From the IMG/VR virus record IMGVR_UViG_3300027156_000002: DNA of 64,000 nucleotides, one strand, 5' to 3'. Position numbers and translations under genes: made by a program. The notes under the pieces are model-generated. The model worked only from the letters and a program-made list of their open reading frames with translations. It had not been told where the DNA came from and ran no database searches. Shown piece by piece: positions 62,618-64,000 of the stretch (positions are counted from its first letter, which is position 1; each line of letters starts with the position of its first letter). The stretch comes from a virus. Its lineage: Duplodnaviria; Heunggongvirae; Uroviricota; Caudoviricetes.

Positions 62618-63052
62618 TCACGAAACTTTTTCGAGTTCGATACCACATTTTTCTAAAAAGTCTAAACCGATGGTATCTCGATATGAATGTCTGTAGTAGA
62701 CTTTTTTGATTCCTGCACCATGAACTAACTTAGCGCAATGGATACAAGGAGCATGAGTACAGAATAGACTACTGCCATTTCCGCTCTCGCCATCACGTGC
62801 CAATTTAAGAATAGCATTCGCTTCAGCATGAATTACCTCGTCTTTCGTTTTAGTTACAACACCACCATCCTCATGAACCTCAACGATCTCTTCGCATTCA
62901 TTAGTCCAACCAGATGGCATACCATTATATCCGATTGAGATAATGCGATTATCTTTAACAACACACGCACCGACCTGCAATCGCTTTGCACTGGACAGCT
63001 GAGCAAATCTCTCAGCTGTATCCATAAATGCATCAATCCACTTTTGTTTCAT
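62618..63052 (-). CDS. dCMP deaminase (ComEB family)
   Basis: VGAC..GYNG..HAEANAI..THAPCIHCAK. Confidence 0.92.
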   Translation of the reverse strand: MKQKWIDAFMDTAERFAQLSSAKRLQVGACVVKDNRIISIGYNGMPSGWTNECEEIVEVHEDGGVVTKTKDEVIHAEANAILKLARDGESGNGSSLFCTHAPCIHCAKLVHGAGIKKVYYRHSYRDTIGLDFLEKCGIELEKVS

Positions 63053-63782
63053 TGTGTGCTTTCATTGCAGTTTCTATAATATTCAACTCTGCAGGTTCTT
63101 TCAAACCTCTCCAGAAAGCAATAGGATCTTTGGGTTTCTTGTTATCGATTGTCCACTTCTTACCATTCCACTTTGCAAATTTGTAGAATGGCCAATTGTT
63201 GTTTTCTTTTGTTTCGTAGTAACCGACCTGCTCAGGATTAATCTCAACAGGATACCATTCAGTAACAGTTTCCTCATACGCTTCGTTCTCTGCTTCCATC
63301 TGCAGTTCTTCCTGGCGACTATGATAGTAGTCAATTAGACCAGTAAAATCTTTAATTTCTTCAGGGAGTGCTTCTAGAGATTCAAGATCGTCCATGTTAT
63401 ATTCATATTGATCGTCTTCACCATCTTCCCACTTACCGCAGTATCCCATACCACCTTCATGATAAACAGCATCTACGTGCCAGTTATTTTCAAACAGGAA
63501 TTCATACAATGCAATCGGTGGTGCCCATGCAGTTTCAAATGAGATCCAAACAGTTTCATCATCATAACGATCCCAGTCAATAACAGAAATATCCCACTTG
63601 GTTCCCCAGTAGTTTACATTCCACTCATACCAATTTTCTTCTTCAGATTCTGGACGTGGACGTAGATGTTGGAAAACTTGTTGATTGTCTTTATCTTCCA
63701 AGACAGCAACAAGAGCATCAATGTTCTCTTTACTCGAAGTTAGAGTTGCAGCATTATCACACCAATTAGGCATTTTGGTCAC
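63033..63782 (-). CDS. YubB/Api92-like ferredoxin-fold hypothetical protein
   Basis: MPNWCDN..WYEWNVNYWGTKWD..FETAWAPP..EGGMGYCG; consensus TTGACA-17-TATAAT promoter at 63833-63805. Confidence 0.7.
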   Translation of the reverse strand: MTKMPNWCDNAATLTSSKENIDALVAVLEDKDNQQVFQHLRPRPESEEENWYEWNVNYWGTKWDISVIDWDRYDDETVWISFETAWAPPIALYEFLFENNWHVDAVYHEGGMGYCGKWEDGEDDQYEYNMDDLESLEALPEEIKDFTGLIDYYHSRQEELQMEAENEAYEETVTEWYPVEINPEQVGYYETKENNNWPFYKFAKWNGKKWTIDNKKPKDPIAFWRGLKEPAELNIIETAMKAHNETKVD

Positions 63783-64000
63783 CTTTCAAAAATTTCATAA
63801 TAAAATTATACAGGAAAACTACAATTTTGTCAAGTATAGTTTTCTTAGTTGCAAACCTCGCAGTTAAGCTGTGGCTCCACTTGCTGGAGCCTGAGAGTTT
63901 TTTGCTTTCTTTTCCTTCGTAGCTGGTGCAGGAACAGTGGGGAAAAATTCAGAAACTAATTTCTGTGTAATCTTTGGATACATCTTGGTAAGTTTCTGAT

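Overview
A 64-kb fragment of a lytic T4-like myovirus. The host is probably a freshwater proteobacterium, likely a betaproteobacterium, inferred from the Bug/TctC, AhpC/AhpD, IscU and tmRNA-tag content. Layout: baseplate/tail module (gp8, gp7, gp6, gp25, PAAR, gp5, gp27-like, gp53, gp48; 1-16.7 kb, minus strand); gp4, gp2, gp54, gp16, gp26, gp51, gp29-like (16.8-21.7 kb, plus strand); gp32, gp59, gp33 and a long minus-strand accessory region. The accessory region carries a ClpP-like protease, three cell-wall hydrolases, a permuted two-piece tmRNA, PhoH, a cluster of oxygenases, methyltransferases and PP-loop enzymes including a CmoB-CmoA-like fusion, 28 tRNAs covering all 20 amino acids with several structured RNAs between them, an Fe-S/peroxiredoxin AMG block and dCMP deaminase. 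The most striking observation is at the head of the tRNA array: a 39-codon, apparently leaderless ORF containing all 20 amino acids (33 different codons), whose last codons form an antiterminator that excludes an intrinsic terminator. This looks like a general tRNA-shortage-sensing attenuator for the phage tRNA operon. Other highlights are a predicted -1 frameshift fusing gp26 to gp51 just upstream of the tape-measure-like gene, a tRNA-Thr(AGU), and a dense one-strand cluster of GGAGTCCC motifs at 36-37.6 kb. All protein calls come from recognising motifs by eye; no database searches were run.
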